Positions 48,905 through 64,000 of a stretch of DNA of 64,000 nucleotides are shown piece by piece. How positions within the stretch are numbered: position 1 is the first letter of the stretch; each line of letters opens with the position of its first letter. This stretch comes from Eledone cirrhosa (lineage: Eukaryota). Under the pieces are notes generated by a model. That model had not been told where the DNA came from. It saw only the letters and a program-made list of their open reading frames with translations, and did no database searches. Location of the stretch: NCBI GenBank assembly GCA_964016885.1, contig OZ024742.1, positions 324,942,001-325,006,000 on the forward strand. The letters are read 5' to 3'. The translations under genes were made by a program, and so were the position numbers.

Positions 48905-50540
48905 ATGTCTGCAAAGAAAGAGATTAATTGGAAAATCAGTTGTGTAATGTTATCATTTTTTCTTCTTCCTTTATTCGTTTTATTTCTCCTTCTAAGATTT
49001 ATTCAAATAAACGTTAAATGTCGTCTTTATCAATTCCTTATACTTCCGGAACAGACATTGTCAAATGTTCTCAATAAAGTGAATTATTTGAATAACGGTT
49101 AGCAGTCTAAATTTGGCATGTGTTCTTACTTGACGAAATAAATAGGAATAAATTTGATTTCACTTTAACCGAAAACTATTTTCGTCTTGGCAAGATTTCT
49201 GAACCTGCACTATCCATCATTTTAGAATATATTTCTTGGCCATTCCAATCTATAAATTGAAATTTCAAGCAAAGAATAACATGAAATATTTCAAACTTTG
49301 TCGTTACTGTCTGCTTCAAAACATAAATACTGTCAATACTGATTGGTATAACATTATAACAATTGATCTGAAAAGGAGATGAACAGAAACAAATATCTGC
49401 CAATGCTACATATATTTGCTATCTGTTATCAAGTAACAATGATCTGATCACCTTCTTGAAAGTACAGTTATACTTCTCACCCGCACCAAGTAAGTTTATG
49501 TAAATGTTTCATCTCCAGATGGACTCATTTAGATCGTCAGATCTACTACAAATGTAATATTTTCAGATAGGGAATATGGAAACAGTGATATTGTTTACTT
49601 AACATTAACTATCTATTCCTTGTAGGATGTAATGATTAATTATGAGTACAATCAACAGTATGCTATATTTTAAAGCACCCACAATATCATTGAAAATTAC
49701 TGAAAGTACAAGCCAAATTTCTGTATCACAGAATACTATTGAACAAAAATGTGCCATGGCTATTACCATTCCACAGTAAGGAGCTATAAAGCTATAAACC
49801 ACCATTAGAAATAACAGCAGCACTTTTACTTGGTTATACTAGATTACATGTCAAGACTAAAATATTTTGCTAAGTGCTACACTTATAGAACTACTCTAAA
49901 TTGTACTCAACATTAGATTTTAGCATTGCATATTGTCAAAAAATAAGATAAGCGCTAATATAGTTCAAATGTCATAATTCATATATTAAAATAACCTATA
50001 TGACAGTAATTCAGTAAAATAGTCAGATGTGTAAAAATAGCGTCCATAATAATTAAATTTCTTTTCAGTTTAACAGTTGCCGCTAACCGATTATTTCTGA
50101 AGTTTACAAGAAATTTTAATATGCTATTTTCGGCCATAATTCGATATTATATAACTTCTCAGCAGACTTCACCGTTTATCCTGTTACAAATCCCAAATTC
50201 CCCATTATACAATCTATTACATGGAATGATATGAACGTTTCAAGTACGTAGAATGCTGGTAAAGTAAAACAAAATTGATATTCATCTTTAACCGACATAC
50301 GATGTAACTAGTAACTATGTTGTAATTGTGCTGATACCTATATATGCAGCTTATACAATCGATTAAATGTTCTATTCTTCGAAGTATATCACAGGTGCAA
50401 GGCAAGATTCCATGAATATCATCCTCAAAGTATTGACATATGTCATGCATAAGTCCCATAATGTTGGTCCATTGATAATCGATGAAGACGATAATATGGC
50501 TACTTGATTTGTTCAGCAGTTTTGTGTACTTAGCTGACTG
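48905..50540 (+). pseudogene. possible decayed cadherin-repeat (protocadherin-like) coding sequence
   Basis: Hydrophobic leader in ORF 48905, then repeat-boundary-like motifs ISANATYICYLLSSNND, LTLTIYSL*DV(fs)ND...FKAPTISLKITES, FTVYPVTNPKF and LIIDEDDNMAT*FVQQF. Many stops and frameshifts. Confidence 0.4.
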
Positions 50541-51221
50541 TTGAATTTGATTCTGGAATAGAAGTGGCGGTAAGACATGAGGTCCATATATTCTGCAATC
50601 AGTTTTATAGTGACAGATGTGTAGGATTTGCGGTGATAACGTTTGGTTTCGGTAGTCTTGAGAGATTTGCAACTTTGATGGTGCGCCGCATGGACCTGTT
50701 CTGAATTGGTTGTTTCTGCATTTCAGGTCTATGTTAATGGTTTTAGGTTCTCTTTCATGCTACCATTCAAGTTAGTATTGTAATATTTTAGATACATTAA
50801 ACCCTTCGACATATCGAGCCTGTGAGTGAACGTCTATGTGGTCACATTGTCTGCAGGATATACCAGCAAATTTTCCTATGCTCAAAGCTAGGTTACCCTC
50901 AGAAAAAAAAGCATACTTGCAAATAATGTCCCGAATGCTAATCGATGACTAGTACACTTTAAACATATAGCTTAATCAAACGATGTGAGCTAAAGCTCAA
51001 CGGTAAAAGCATGCATACTAGATGCAGTATGGAAAAAGAAATATCATCCCGAGATACATTGCATTACTTTTTTAGATTGATTAAGATGTGTTAATCGTTT
51101 GGCGGCTAACGTAGTCTTCACCCCTTTTCAAATTATACGAAATAATATGTATATGTGATGATTTCTCCAGAATGAAACAGTTCTAGTCCTGTAGAAGCAT
51201 TTTCTATATTAAATATATATA

Positions 51222-51967
51222 TAAATAAAGGATAACAAAATATTGTTATAGGTAATCCAATTAGAGGTTGTGAATACTTCTTATTATGGATGGTTTTACC
51301 TTGACTCAACAAGAGGTTTACGTAGTTGACGAGTTTATGATTTCACTTGTATTCCTATATAAGTTTATCTTGGAGTAATAAAATTGAAAACGTGGAGTAT
51401 AACATGGTCAACAGTACAAAAAAGGGGATTTATTTGCAGTCTAACAATTGTTTCACTGATGGAGTTGTCTAAAGATTGCTGAACACTAAAAGCAGTGCCA
51501 CTCAATTTTAAATACGATGTTAACTCTATTGGATCATCGGAAACTGTTAAAAAAATATATATGTAACCGGCAAATTTACAAATTCAAATTATATCATCAA
51601 TAATAATATTAATAATTAAGATATAAAGAGAAAAGGAGGAAGAAAGGGAGATAGATACAGTAAAGAAAGAAAGGGAAGGAAGGAGAAAGAAGAAGAAGGA
51701 AAAAGAAAAAGAAAAAGAAAAAGAAAAAGAAAAAGAAAAAGAAAAAAAAAGAGAAAGAAGAAGAAAAGAAGAAATTATTATAGATAGAAATATAAAGAGA
51801 GTAAGATATATAGATGATGGTAGATAGAGGAAATAAGTAAAATTAACGTAGGATAGAAAGAAGAACAGAGGGACAAATAGATGAATAAACGTTAATACAT
51901 GAATAAATGTAAATAAAAATAAAAATAGATATATAAAAAATATATGAAAACATATATAAAAAATGGA

Positions 51968-51998
<31 letters not shown>

Positions 51999-53646
51999 GT
52001 TATATCTAATGTGATATAAAATGGTATAAATTGTGAAAAATGAAGAATAAGAATAAATACGTAAAAGGAGTAAAAAGAGTAAAAATGTGCGAAGAATGTT
52101 TAAACATATTAAAATTATTGAGAATGGAGGTGAAAATATGATAATGTTAAATATATTTATGTGTGTATTGGTTATTTTAGTAAATAAATAAATTAATTGC
52201 TTTAAGCTATATTATATGATAAAATAAAATGACAGAGATGAAATAAATTTAAGGATGAAATAAATTTAGATCCACGGGGTATAATCTGGGTTATGGAATA
52301 GTTACGATAGAATTAAGCTGGTCTAAAGTTATTAAATTTAGTCGCCGATTTATGTCGACAAAAAATGTTTTTTTCAATTTTACTGTTAAGAAGAATTCTG
52401 TTGTAATTTAAAATTTGGAAAAGTTCCATATTACAGAGACCAGAGTAGGACATACCAATTTGATAGGCCTTTGATTTTGATAGCTTTGTCCAACTGATTT
52501 TATATTCCATGTTTGCATCTATAAGTTGCAGATTTTATTGGCGAGAGTCGTTGTCTTTGAGAGATTCCTGTAGTCATAGATCGACATAAATCGGCAACTA
52601 AATTTGAGAACTTTAGACCAGCTTAATTCCATCTTATCTATTCCATAACCCAGATTGTACCACTTGGATCTATTATGATATCACATTATCAACATCACCA
52701 TCAATATAATTATAATTATAATTGTCATCATCTAGCAAAGAACAACATCAACATCTCTTATATTTACATTCTTATTTTATATATCTCTATTTTTCACCAT
52801 TTATCTTTATATTTCTCTCCCTAAATTTATTTAATCTCTGTCATTTTATTTTATCATATAATATAGCTTAAAGCAATTAATTAATTTATTTATTAAAATA
52901 ACCAATACACACATAAATATATTAAACATTATCATATTTTCACTTACGGGGTTGATAAAATAAAGTACCAGTAATGCACTGGTTAATTGCTGGGCTTGTG
53001 CCTAAAATAGAAACAATTATCTCTCCATATTTCAACAATTCTCAAAAACCATTCTCAATAATGTTAATATGTTTAAATATTCTTCGCACATTTTTACCCT
53101 TTTTACCCCTTTTACGTATTTATTCTTAGTCTTCATTTTTCACATTTTATACCGTTTTATATCACATTAGATATAACTTATTTATTTATTTATTTATTTA
53201 TCCATTTTTTATATATTTTTTATATATGTTTTCATATATTTTTTATATATCTATATTTATTTTTATTTACATTTATTCATGTATTAACGTTTATTCATCT
53301 ATTTGTCCCTCTGTTCTTCTTTCTATCCTACGTTAATTTTGTTTATTTCCTCTATCTACCACCATCTTCTATATATCTTCCTCTCTTATATTTCTATCTA
53401 TAATAATTTCTCCTTTTCTTCTTCTTTCTCTTTTTCTTTTTCTTTTTCCTTCTACTTCTTTCTCCTTCCTTCCCTTTCTTTCTTTACTGTATCTATCTCC
53501 TTTTCTTCCCACTTCTCTCATTATATCTTTATTATTAATATTAATATTGATGATGTAATTTGAATTTGTAAATTTGCCGGTTACATATATATTTTTGAAC
53601 AGTTTCCGATGATCTAATAGAGTTAACATCGTATTTAAAATTGAGT

Positions 53647-53650
<4 letters not shown>
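51222..53650 (-). mobile_element. PLE 3' remnant with a large inverted duplication of its 3' UTR
   Basis: Inverted arms at 51496-52358 and 52581-53650. The spacer encodes a GIY-YIG C-terminus YKISW...LCNME...LLN...FCRH. A SINE 3' fragment at 52942-53020 is in the right arm only. Confidence 0.85.
51437..51546 (-). ncRNA. variant hammerhead motif (CCGAUGA core, 79-nt stem II)
   Basis: CAGUUU CCGAUGA [U...GAGUU...AACUC...U] GAAAC AAUU GUU AGACUG, with a 6-bp stem I and palindromic stem III. Confidence 0.55.
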
Positions 53651-53688
<38 letters not shown>

Positions 53689-54148
53689 TCGTGGGTATGC
53701 ACGCGCATATATATATAAACATAAATGCGTTGGGTTTCACATGATTGTATATGTGTGTTATGCCTGACAAACACTCACATTAAGCAACTGAAAAACAGTG
53801 TCATGATGCTTCTTTATGAGACAAATGACAAAGTTCATATTCTGTTATTGGAGAGAGGTCGATAAAATATGCATGGAAAATATATAAATACTGAATCTAA
53901 CTAAACAGACGCATAGTCTTACTTCAAAGGTCTGAGAGTGTAACAACATAATATAATTTGATCGACTTCAGAATTATATAAGCTCAGGTTATTGTATTTC
54001 ATTGAGCTCGTCTTAGAGCTGAGCAGCTTACCAAAATAATTGATCGATATATAATAGATCTATCAGTGTACATCACACATTGAAAATCTTTTTTGTCCTC
54101 TATCTATTTTCTCTCTTTAAATGTCTTTCCAATCATTGTAATGTTGTG

Positions 54149-54211
<63 letters not shown>

Positions 54212-54253
54212 AAAAATGGAACGGGAACAAAACAGAGAGGCAGTACGAACAAA

Positions 54254-54318
<65 letters not shown>

Positions 54319-54377
54319 TATACACATATATATATATATATTCGTATATATATATATGTATGTATATATATATATAT

Positions 54378-54411
<34 letters not shown>

Positions 54412-54416
54412 AATGT

Positions 54417-54455
<39 letters not shown>

Positions 54456-54477
54456 GTATATATATATATGTATATAT

Positions 54478-54619
<142 letters not shown>

Positions 54620-54945
54620 ATATATCGATATATATATATGTGTGTGTGTGAGTGTGCGTGTGTGGATGTGGATCTCTATATTTATACATTTATTTGTCTC
54701 AATCTCTCAAGAAATGTTCCCCTTATTTTCTTTATATTAATAACCTAAACATTGTAAGCTTAAAGAAAATAGAAATGTTAAGAAATGTTTGAAAATCTTC
54801 TCTCTTAATCCTCTGTTGTGGCATTAAATTCAAATCAGTTTAAACATGTAATAACATATATTGACACAGGGAAACGACCGATATATGTCTGTTTGATTGT
54901 TTACGTTTAAGCGAAGAGCTGCATCTATTTGCACATACATGTATA

Positions 54946-55037
<92 letters not shown>

Positions 55038-55260
55038 TATTTATATACATATAAATATATATATAGGACAGAGATATACACATTGAAACACACACATATA
55101 TGCATAAACATATACATTCATGCGTACGTTAATATAATGGTCAATCTATTCATATAACTATACAAAGAAAGTGTGTTTGAAATTGTATAACTAAAATTCA
55201 ACTCCCTGCAAATAAGTATATATAAAAGCATGCATACATATAGCTTTGCTCGTGCATTTC

Positions 55261-55327
<67 letters not shown>

Positions 55328-55375
55328 CAGTAATTCAGGGTCCCGAAAAAAAATACTAGTGCTAACTCTAAGGGT

Positions 55376-58338
<2,963 letters not shown>

Positions 58339-58350
58339 AAATATATATAT

Positions 58351-59132
58351 AAAGTTCCAGGACTGATTTCACAGAATATTTATTTCAAACACTAACTTTA
58401 CACTAAGAGTTTTCTCCTTTAAAGTATGTAACTGTAATCTTAGCACAGAGCAACGAACAAACTTGAAGTTTCTGGTACGGTTGGGGAAAACTCCGTCAGA
58501 AGCAGTGGGATTATTGTAGCAAGTGTATGGAGATGAGACGATGTCATGCTCACGTGTTTTTGAGTGGTGCAAGATGACCTCAGGAGCGGAAGGCCCTCAA
58601 CAACCAGGACTGAGGTCAACATTGTGCGCGTCAGGCAGATGGTGCGTAGCTATGCTTGGCTGACTGTTCGACTGATGGCAAATGAGCTGGGTATGAATCG
58701 GGACAGCGTCTGGAAGATTCTCACTGAAGATTTGGACATGCGGAAAGTCTGCGCGAAGATAGTGCCAAAACTGCTGAACGATGACCAGAAGGGTCGATGT
58801 ATGCAAGTGTGCCAGGACATCTTCGAGCGTCTTGAAACCGAAACAGACTTGCTAGGGACAGTCATCACCGGTGACGATTCATGGATCTTCGTGTATGACC
58901 CGGAAGGGACCCGTTTTGAAGACGTGGACCACATCAAAAAAGCCGTGACGACGAAACTGCGGAGGATCGCGGAAGAATCCTTCCAGGAGTGCATGCAAAC
59001 CTGACAGAAAAGGATGGAAAAGTGCATTAGACTCAAGGGGGATTACTTTGAACGAGAAAACTCTTAGTGTGAAGTTTGGGTTTGAAATAAATCTTTTGTG
59101 ACATCAGTCCTGGAACTTTTCTAACACACCTC

Positions 59133-59133
<1 letters not shown>
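58351..59133 (+). mobile_element. internally deleted mariner transposon
   Basis: Transposase remnants DDLRSGRPST, RKVCAKIVPKLL and VITGDDSWIFVYDPE. Inverted ends AAAGTTCCAGGACTGAT / ATCAGTCCTGGAACTTT, with the left TIR tip missing. Confidence 0.9.
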
Positions 59134-59200
<67 letters not shown>

Positions 59201-59244
59201 AAGTTAAATAAAAGTCAAATGATTAAAATTTAGCTTCGTTTATT

Positions 59245-59299
59245 ACTGCTATATATATTTCAGTGCCAGCCATCTTTGGCTGTGACCTCTTCAGGCAGT
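59245..59299 (-). ncRNA. type I hammerhead ribozyme motif (left arm)
   Basis: Mirror of 59516-59570 with one stem-II substitution. Confidence 0.75.
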
Positions 59300-59515
59300 T
59301 TGAATTAGTATGGTATAGACAAGTACATATGTTGTTTAGGTGTATAATATTGTCAATACTCTGATATGCCCAGTTCCTTGTTGGGTTGTTATTTCAATGA
59401 GGAACTCCAGTTCCTCATTGAAATAACAACCCAACAAGGAACTGGGCATATCAGAGTATTGACAATATTATACACCTAAACAACATATGTACTTGTCTAT
59501 ACCATACTAATTCAA

Positions 59516-59570
59516 ACTGCCTGAAGAGGTCACAGCCAAAGATGGCTGTCACTGAAATATATATAGCAGT
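59516..59570 (+). ncRNA. type I hammerhead ribozyme motif (right arm)
   Basis: ACUGC CUGAAGA GGU-c-ACAGCCA-aaga-UGGCUGU-c-ACU GAAA UAUAUA UA GCAGU. Confidence 0.82.
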
Positions 59571-59711
59571 AATAAACGAAGCTAAATTTTAATCATTTGA
59601 CTTTTATTTAACTTTATTTTACACTACTCCGGAGTAACCAAACCAACCTGCGCACTTCGTCGAGTGCTCCAGCCTGCATACTGAGGTGTTGATATATTAC
59701 CAACATAAACT

Positions 59712-59780
<69 letters not shown>

Positions 59781-59899
59781 ATATAGTGTATTTTGCAATA
59801 CACTGTATGCTTAATTAAAAGCATTTCGAAGACCTTACGCTATGTTGTAGAGTAGTGAAAGTGTCACTTACTTTAATTTTCAGCAAACAGGGGAGATAA

Positions 59900-59944
59900 A
59901 GCTGTCAGAGCTCTGTTTCGCACTTGTTGGTGCTTATCAAAGCT
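59900..59944 (-). ncRNA. hammerhead variant with U3:A8 core and mutated cleavage triplet
   Basis: AGCU UUGAUAA GCAC-caacaa-GUGC GAAAC AGAGCUCU GAC AGCU. Stem I is extended by the inverted repeats at 59877-59895 and 59950-59969. Confidence 0.55.
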
Positions 59945-60664
59945 AAGTACTCCGCCTGTTTACTGAAAATCATGAATGTTTGATATACATTCATATATAT
60001 ATATCGCTATTTCAGAGCACCAATTCTAATTTTATATATATATATATATATGTCCTTGTGTACATACATCGTGAAGCACACACATGTTGGCCAGTAATGT
60101 CTACTATAGCCTGGACAGAAACATAATTCATAACACTGAATGAAAGAAAACAATTAATTTTCGTTTTCCGACGTTGTCATCTCAGTCTCCAATTTAATTG
60201 TCACTAACAGAGAAGCAAATGTTATAAGTTCTTCCTTGCATTCCTTAGTGACCGTGGACTGGATATATGAACTACAGTTGTATGATTTCATAAAATGGAT
60301 GCTTAATGAATACGGTTTCTTTGAAAAGGAATGTTATTGATCAGAGTGGCATCGAAATTTTCATATGAAATGAACTTTAATTCCTTATTGATAAGAGATA
60401 CTGGGCTTGGTTTGGAATATCCACATTGTAAAATATGTCTCACGCGTTCTACGTAAGATTAGCTCACAAAACATTGATAGTATATTTAATGCATCAAGAA
60501 ATAAAGACCTTTATAAGACATTTAAATCATATGCTATCAAAGGTGTGTAAAAAATGGTTGGATAGTCACTTGCTAAAGTACCAAATTGGAATAAGGTCCG
60601 GTTTCATTATGATTAATTATTCGTATATTGGAGTGTCGCTGAATGACCGCAGGCCAATGTGACC

Positions 60665-60713
<49 letters not shown>

Positions 60714-60754
60714 TAGGTAAATATACACGGGTGTGTATGATTGTGTATAGAAGA

Positions 60755-61700
60755 TTATATTAATAAGAGGAATTCTTTTCTTTGATTTTTCTCTTGATTT
60801 CACTTAGGCTGTGTAATTTGTAGAATGGGAATATTGTAAATATTCCCTGACCACATGTTGCCAGGTGGCCGCTTAGGGGTATCTGACGCACATTTGGGTC
60901 TCTGATTTGTTGACGGTGTACCCGTGCACGTTCCGATAGTGCATTTCCAGTTTGACCGACATATAGTTCTTCACAATTCGGGCATTTAATGCAGTAAATT
61001 AGATTTCTGCTTTTGCAGTTCATATGTGCATTTGGGAATATTTTTCCAGTTTTTGTTTTCATATATTGACCGGCGTGTATGGATTGACATGTGCCGCATC
61101 GACTATCATTGAAGAAAAGAATTTTATTGATAAATTCAAACCCAAGCTAAATAAACAATAATAACGTTTAGGGGTATTACTTCTACTACCACTATGACCA
61201 CGACCACTAACAACAACAACAACAACAACAACAATAATAATAATAAAAGTGATGTTGATGGTGATGATTAATAGAAAATGCTATTTTCATCATTTCTAAA
61301 CATAGCAAAACAATTGATGCTTTGGATATGATCATTGGTCGTTAGCATGCTCAACCAGCCGTGACGCTTAAAACAATTAGCTTTAGTAATTCAGTGAAAC
61401 TACACACTGAATGGTCGAAATACAGTTTACAGGGCTTAGCATTCTGGAGCCACTTTTCTCTGTAAAAAATGTATAAAAGCTAGGAAATTTACCCATCTCA
61501 TTACAGTTGAAAATTGCAAACTCGACTGTCACCACATATTATGAACCTGAAGATTGCGAAAGCATGAAAGTACTTGTTCAATTAACACTTAGAATTTAAT
61601 ATTCTATCATACTATTTCATTATAATACCATTATATATTTTAAAGGATTGTAAATAAAACGAGTAAATCAGACAAAGTTGGAATTCCTCTTATTAATATA
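60755..61700. mobile_element. PLE remnant with a cysteine-rich (Neptune-type) GIY-YIG fragment on the minus strand and a hammerhead-bearing terminus on the plus strand
   Basis: CGTC...NCKSRNLIYCIKCPNCEELYVGQTG...H at 60775-61110 (-). Inverted ends TATTAATAAGAGGAATTC / GAATTCCTCTTATTAATA. Confidence 0.75.
61542..61580 (+). ncRNA. 39-nt minimal type I hammerhead motif
   Basis: UGAAC CUGAAGA U-UGC-gaaa-GCA-U GAAAG ua CUU GUUCA, with palindromic stem III AGUACU. Confidence 0.72.
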
Positions 61701-61721
61701 TATATATATATATATATATAT

Positions 61722-62137
61722 AAGTAGAAGGGATATTTAATTTGTTGGAAATTCAACAAATATAAATGTTTATAACTGATTCAAAGCACTCGACAGTTTT
61801 CTGGAGTAAATATTCAATGATATTAAATAAATGGAAACTATATTTATAAAACCATATTTATTCTATTATATATATTTCAAGGGTACCAACAACTTTGGTA
61901 CGCTTTCATCAGATAAAATACAAAGTGTGTTTTATAAATTTTGACATAACCAAGGAAACATGCCAAAGAAAATTCAACTGATAAGGTATGTTTCCTTGGC
62001 TATGTCAAAATTTATAAAACATACTTTGTATTTTATCTGATGAAAGCGTATCAAAGTTTCTGGTAGCCTTGAAATATATATAATAGAATAAATATGGTTT
62101 TATAAATATAGTTTCCATTTATTTAATATCATTGTAT

Positions 62138-62140
<3 letters not shown>
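61722..62140. mobile_element. non-coding fold-back PLE terminus carrying two opposed hammerheads
   Basis: Arms of about 147 bp at 61815-61961 and 61988-62134. Hammerheads lie at 61859-61920 (-) and 62029-62090 (+), each with an 8-bp stem I UAUUUUAU/AUAGAAUA. Confidence 0.82.
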
Positions 62141-62184
<44 letters not shown>

Positions 62185-64000
62185 TAAGGAGAACAATGAT
62201 GTTTCGTTTACGTGTATTTAGTTTTTTATTGTGTATCAACTTGTTATTCAATAAAAAAACTAAATGCGTGTAAATGAAACTTCGTCGTTTTTCTCAATAT
62301 ATAGCCTTTGTTTGTACATCAACTGCTCATGCTGGTATCATTACAAATAATTCACTGAATCTTATACACTTTATATATATATACATACATACATATTGCA
62401 AATTGTTCGGATATTTTAAACGTATCTTCACTTCACAGAAACCTGTTATCCGAAGCTTTTTAAGTTTATTTCAATCACGTACAAACAAATACATATGCAC
62501 ATATATATATTTCTATTTTAATGTTTTTATTTCTTATTTGTATGTACGAATATGCATGTGTGTGTGTGTTTGACATTTGTTTGTTTGTGTGCACGTGTCT
62601 ATCAGTAAACATCCCTGTCTGCTTGTGGTGAACTCACGAGAATAGAGCTTTCATAATGTAAACAGTATATTATTTAACCAAACAGCATATATATATTCTT
62701 GTTTATATAGAACAATTGTAAATATTTGGACATGTATATATCAGTTAAAATAATTTTAAAATGTTTTTAAAGTTTTACAACTTTTCTGTTATATTTTTGT
62801 TTTAAGTAAATGCATAATTGAAGGTAAGATGGATTTGAATAGGATAAAGGAATTGGAAATTGGCTTCATAAGAAATATGGCTTTGAATAAAAGGGGTTTG
62901 TGTGTGAACTATCTACTTATGTGAAATATGTAATTACTGCTGTTCCTGAAGCTTGAGAACAGACCACGATATCGAATAGAATAATGGAAATGGAAATATG
63001 TTACCAGTTGATGTCTACACTGATTCTATAAAGTAAGGCTGCAAGACAGAATTTAAAAATACGGCGATACAGATGAAAGGTATAATCTAAAAATATCTAT
63101 GGAATACATTGATAAATCCTAGTAAAAAACAAAAAATTGTATCGCGCAATACTGCATAACGAATATGATAAAATATTAAAAGAATGATCAAAGCAAATGA
63201 TCAACTTAGGGATGTGGCCAAACTGATATAATTGATATAGTGTAACAACTGATATCAATTAATTAGAAATAGAATGAAACTCCGGAAATGTATCATACTT
63301 ATTAAAACAGCTTCACGAAACATAATCTTTACTATTTTACGAAATGGCTTAAGAGTTAAATCAATTTATGTTTGAATACCCACGCAGTTTAATGAGAAAG
63401 TAGGCCAAATTTAGCACCATGGGTCATGTATGCGTATTTGGCGTAATTAAAAATGATCTCCGCCAATAGTTGTGCTGGTTGTTCGCCAACGATCCCCATA
63501 CGTACATATTTTACACACGTTGATTTTCTTTTACGTACACCTTTGAAACGCAGCTTCTGTTTGTCTGATGAATGCTCTGTTCCATTTAGCTATGAAAAAA
63601 GGAATTGTTTGGACAAACGGTGATAACATTTTAGCAGGATAATTTGATCACCGCTTGTCCAAACATTTCTTAATTATTTCACAAATATACGAAATATTTG
63701 CTTATTTAAGTACTCTGACATTCTCCGCCAATTTTGCTACTGATTAGGTATGATTTAAAAATAAATATAAACAACATATCCGGATTGCCATGGCTAGAAC
63801 ACATTTGAGCTTACATCTGCTTCATGCTGGCGTATCTAGTTCATATCAAAACCAAGAAAATTAAATCAATTTGTCAGATACATAACAGATGGCTACTTTT
63901 CAGACCTAAGCTTCAAACGTTTGATAGACAATATAGTGATAATATAATATCGTCAAATACCAACTCGCGTAACACTACTTCGATTATATTTTATGACAAA

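Larger units (their letters stand above)
59198..59716. mobile_element. non-coding palindromic element (209-bp arms, 2-nt loop) between (TA)n tracts
   Basis: 59198-59406 and 59409-59617 are near-perfect reverse complements, followed by a 99-bp unique 3' extension. Confidence 0.85.

Noticed and set aside
50217-50672. 151-aa minus-strand ORF as a host gene
   Set aside because: No recognisable motif. It is probably the antisense shadow of the plus-strand cadherin-like relic.

Overview
AT-rich, microsatellite-saturated eukaryotic intergenic or intronic DNA. A cephalopod (octopus-like) origin is inferred from the SINE family and repeat make-up and was not checked by search. No intact host gene is visible, and most ORFs in the track are translations of (TA)n, (CA)n and (TATG)n. 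The window is a patchwork of decayed mobile elements: R4/Dong-type RLE non-LTR retrotransposons, many Penelope-like element (PLE) remnants, non-autonomous RTE derivatives, tRNA-derived SINEs, a mariner and a MITE. It also holds a probable decayed cadherin-repeat pseudogene. The strongest signal is about a dozen hand-foldable type I hammerhead ribozyme motifs (CUGANGA / stem II / GAAA / short, usually palindromic stem III / UH). They sit in small, mostly non-coding fold-back elements inserted in (TA)n. Several elements carry one ribozyme on each strand, and the copies show stem covariation, a recurrent stem-II mismatch and a U3:A8 core variant.
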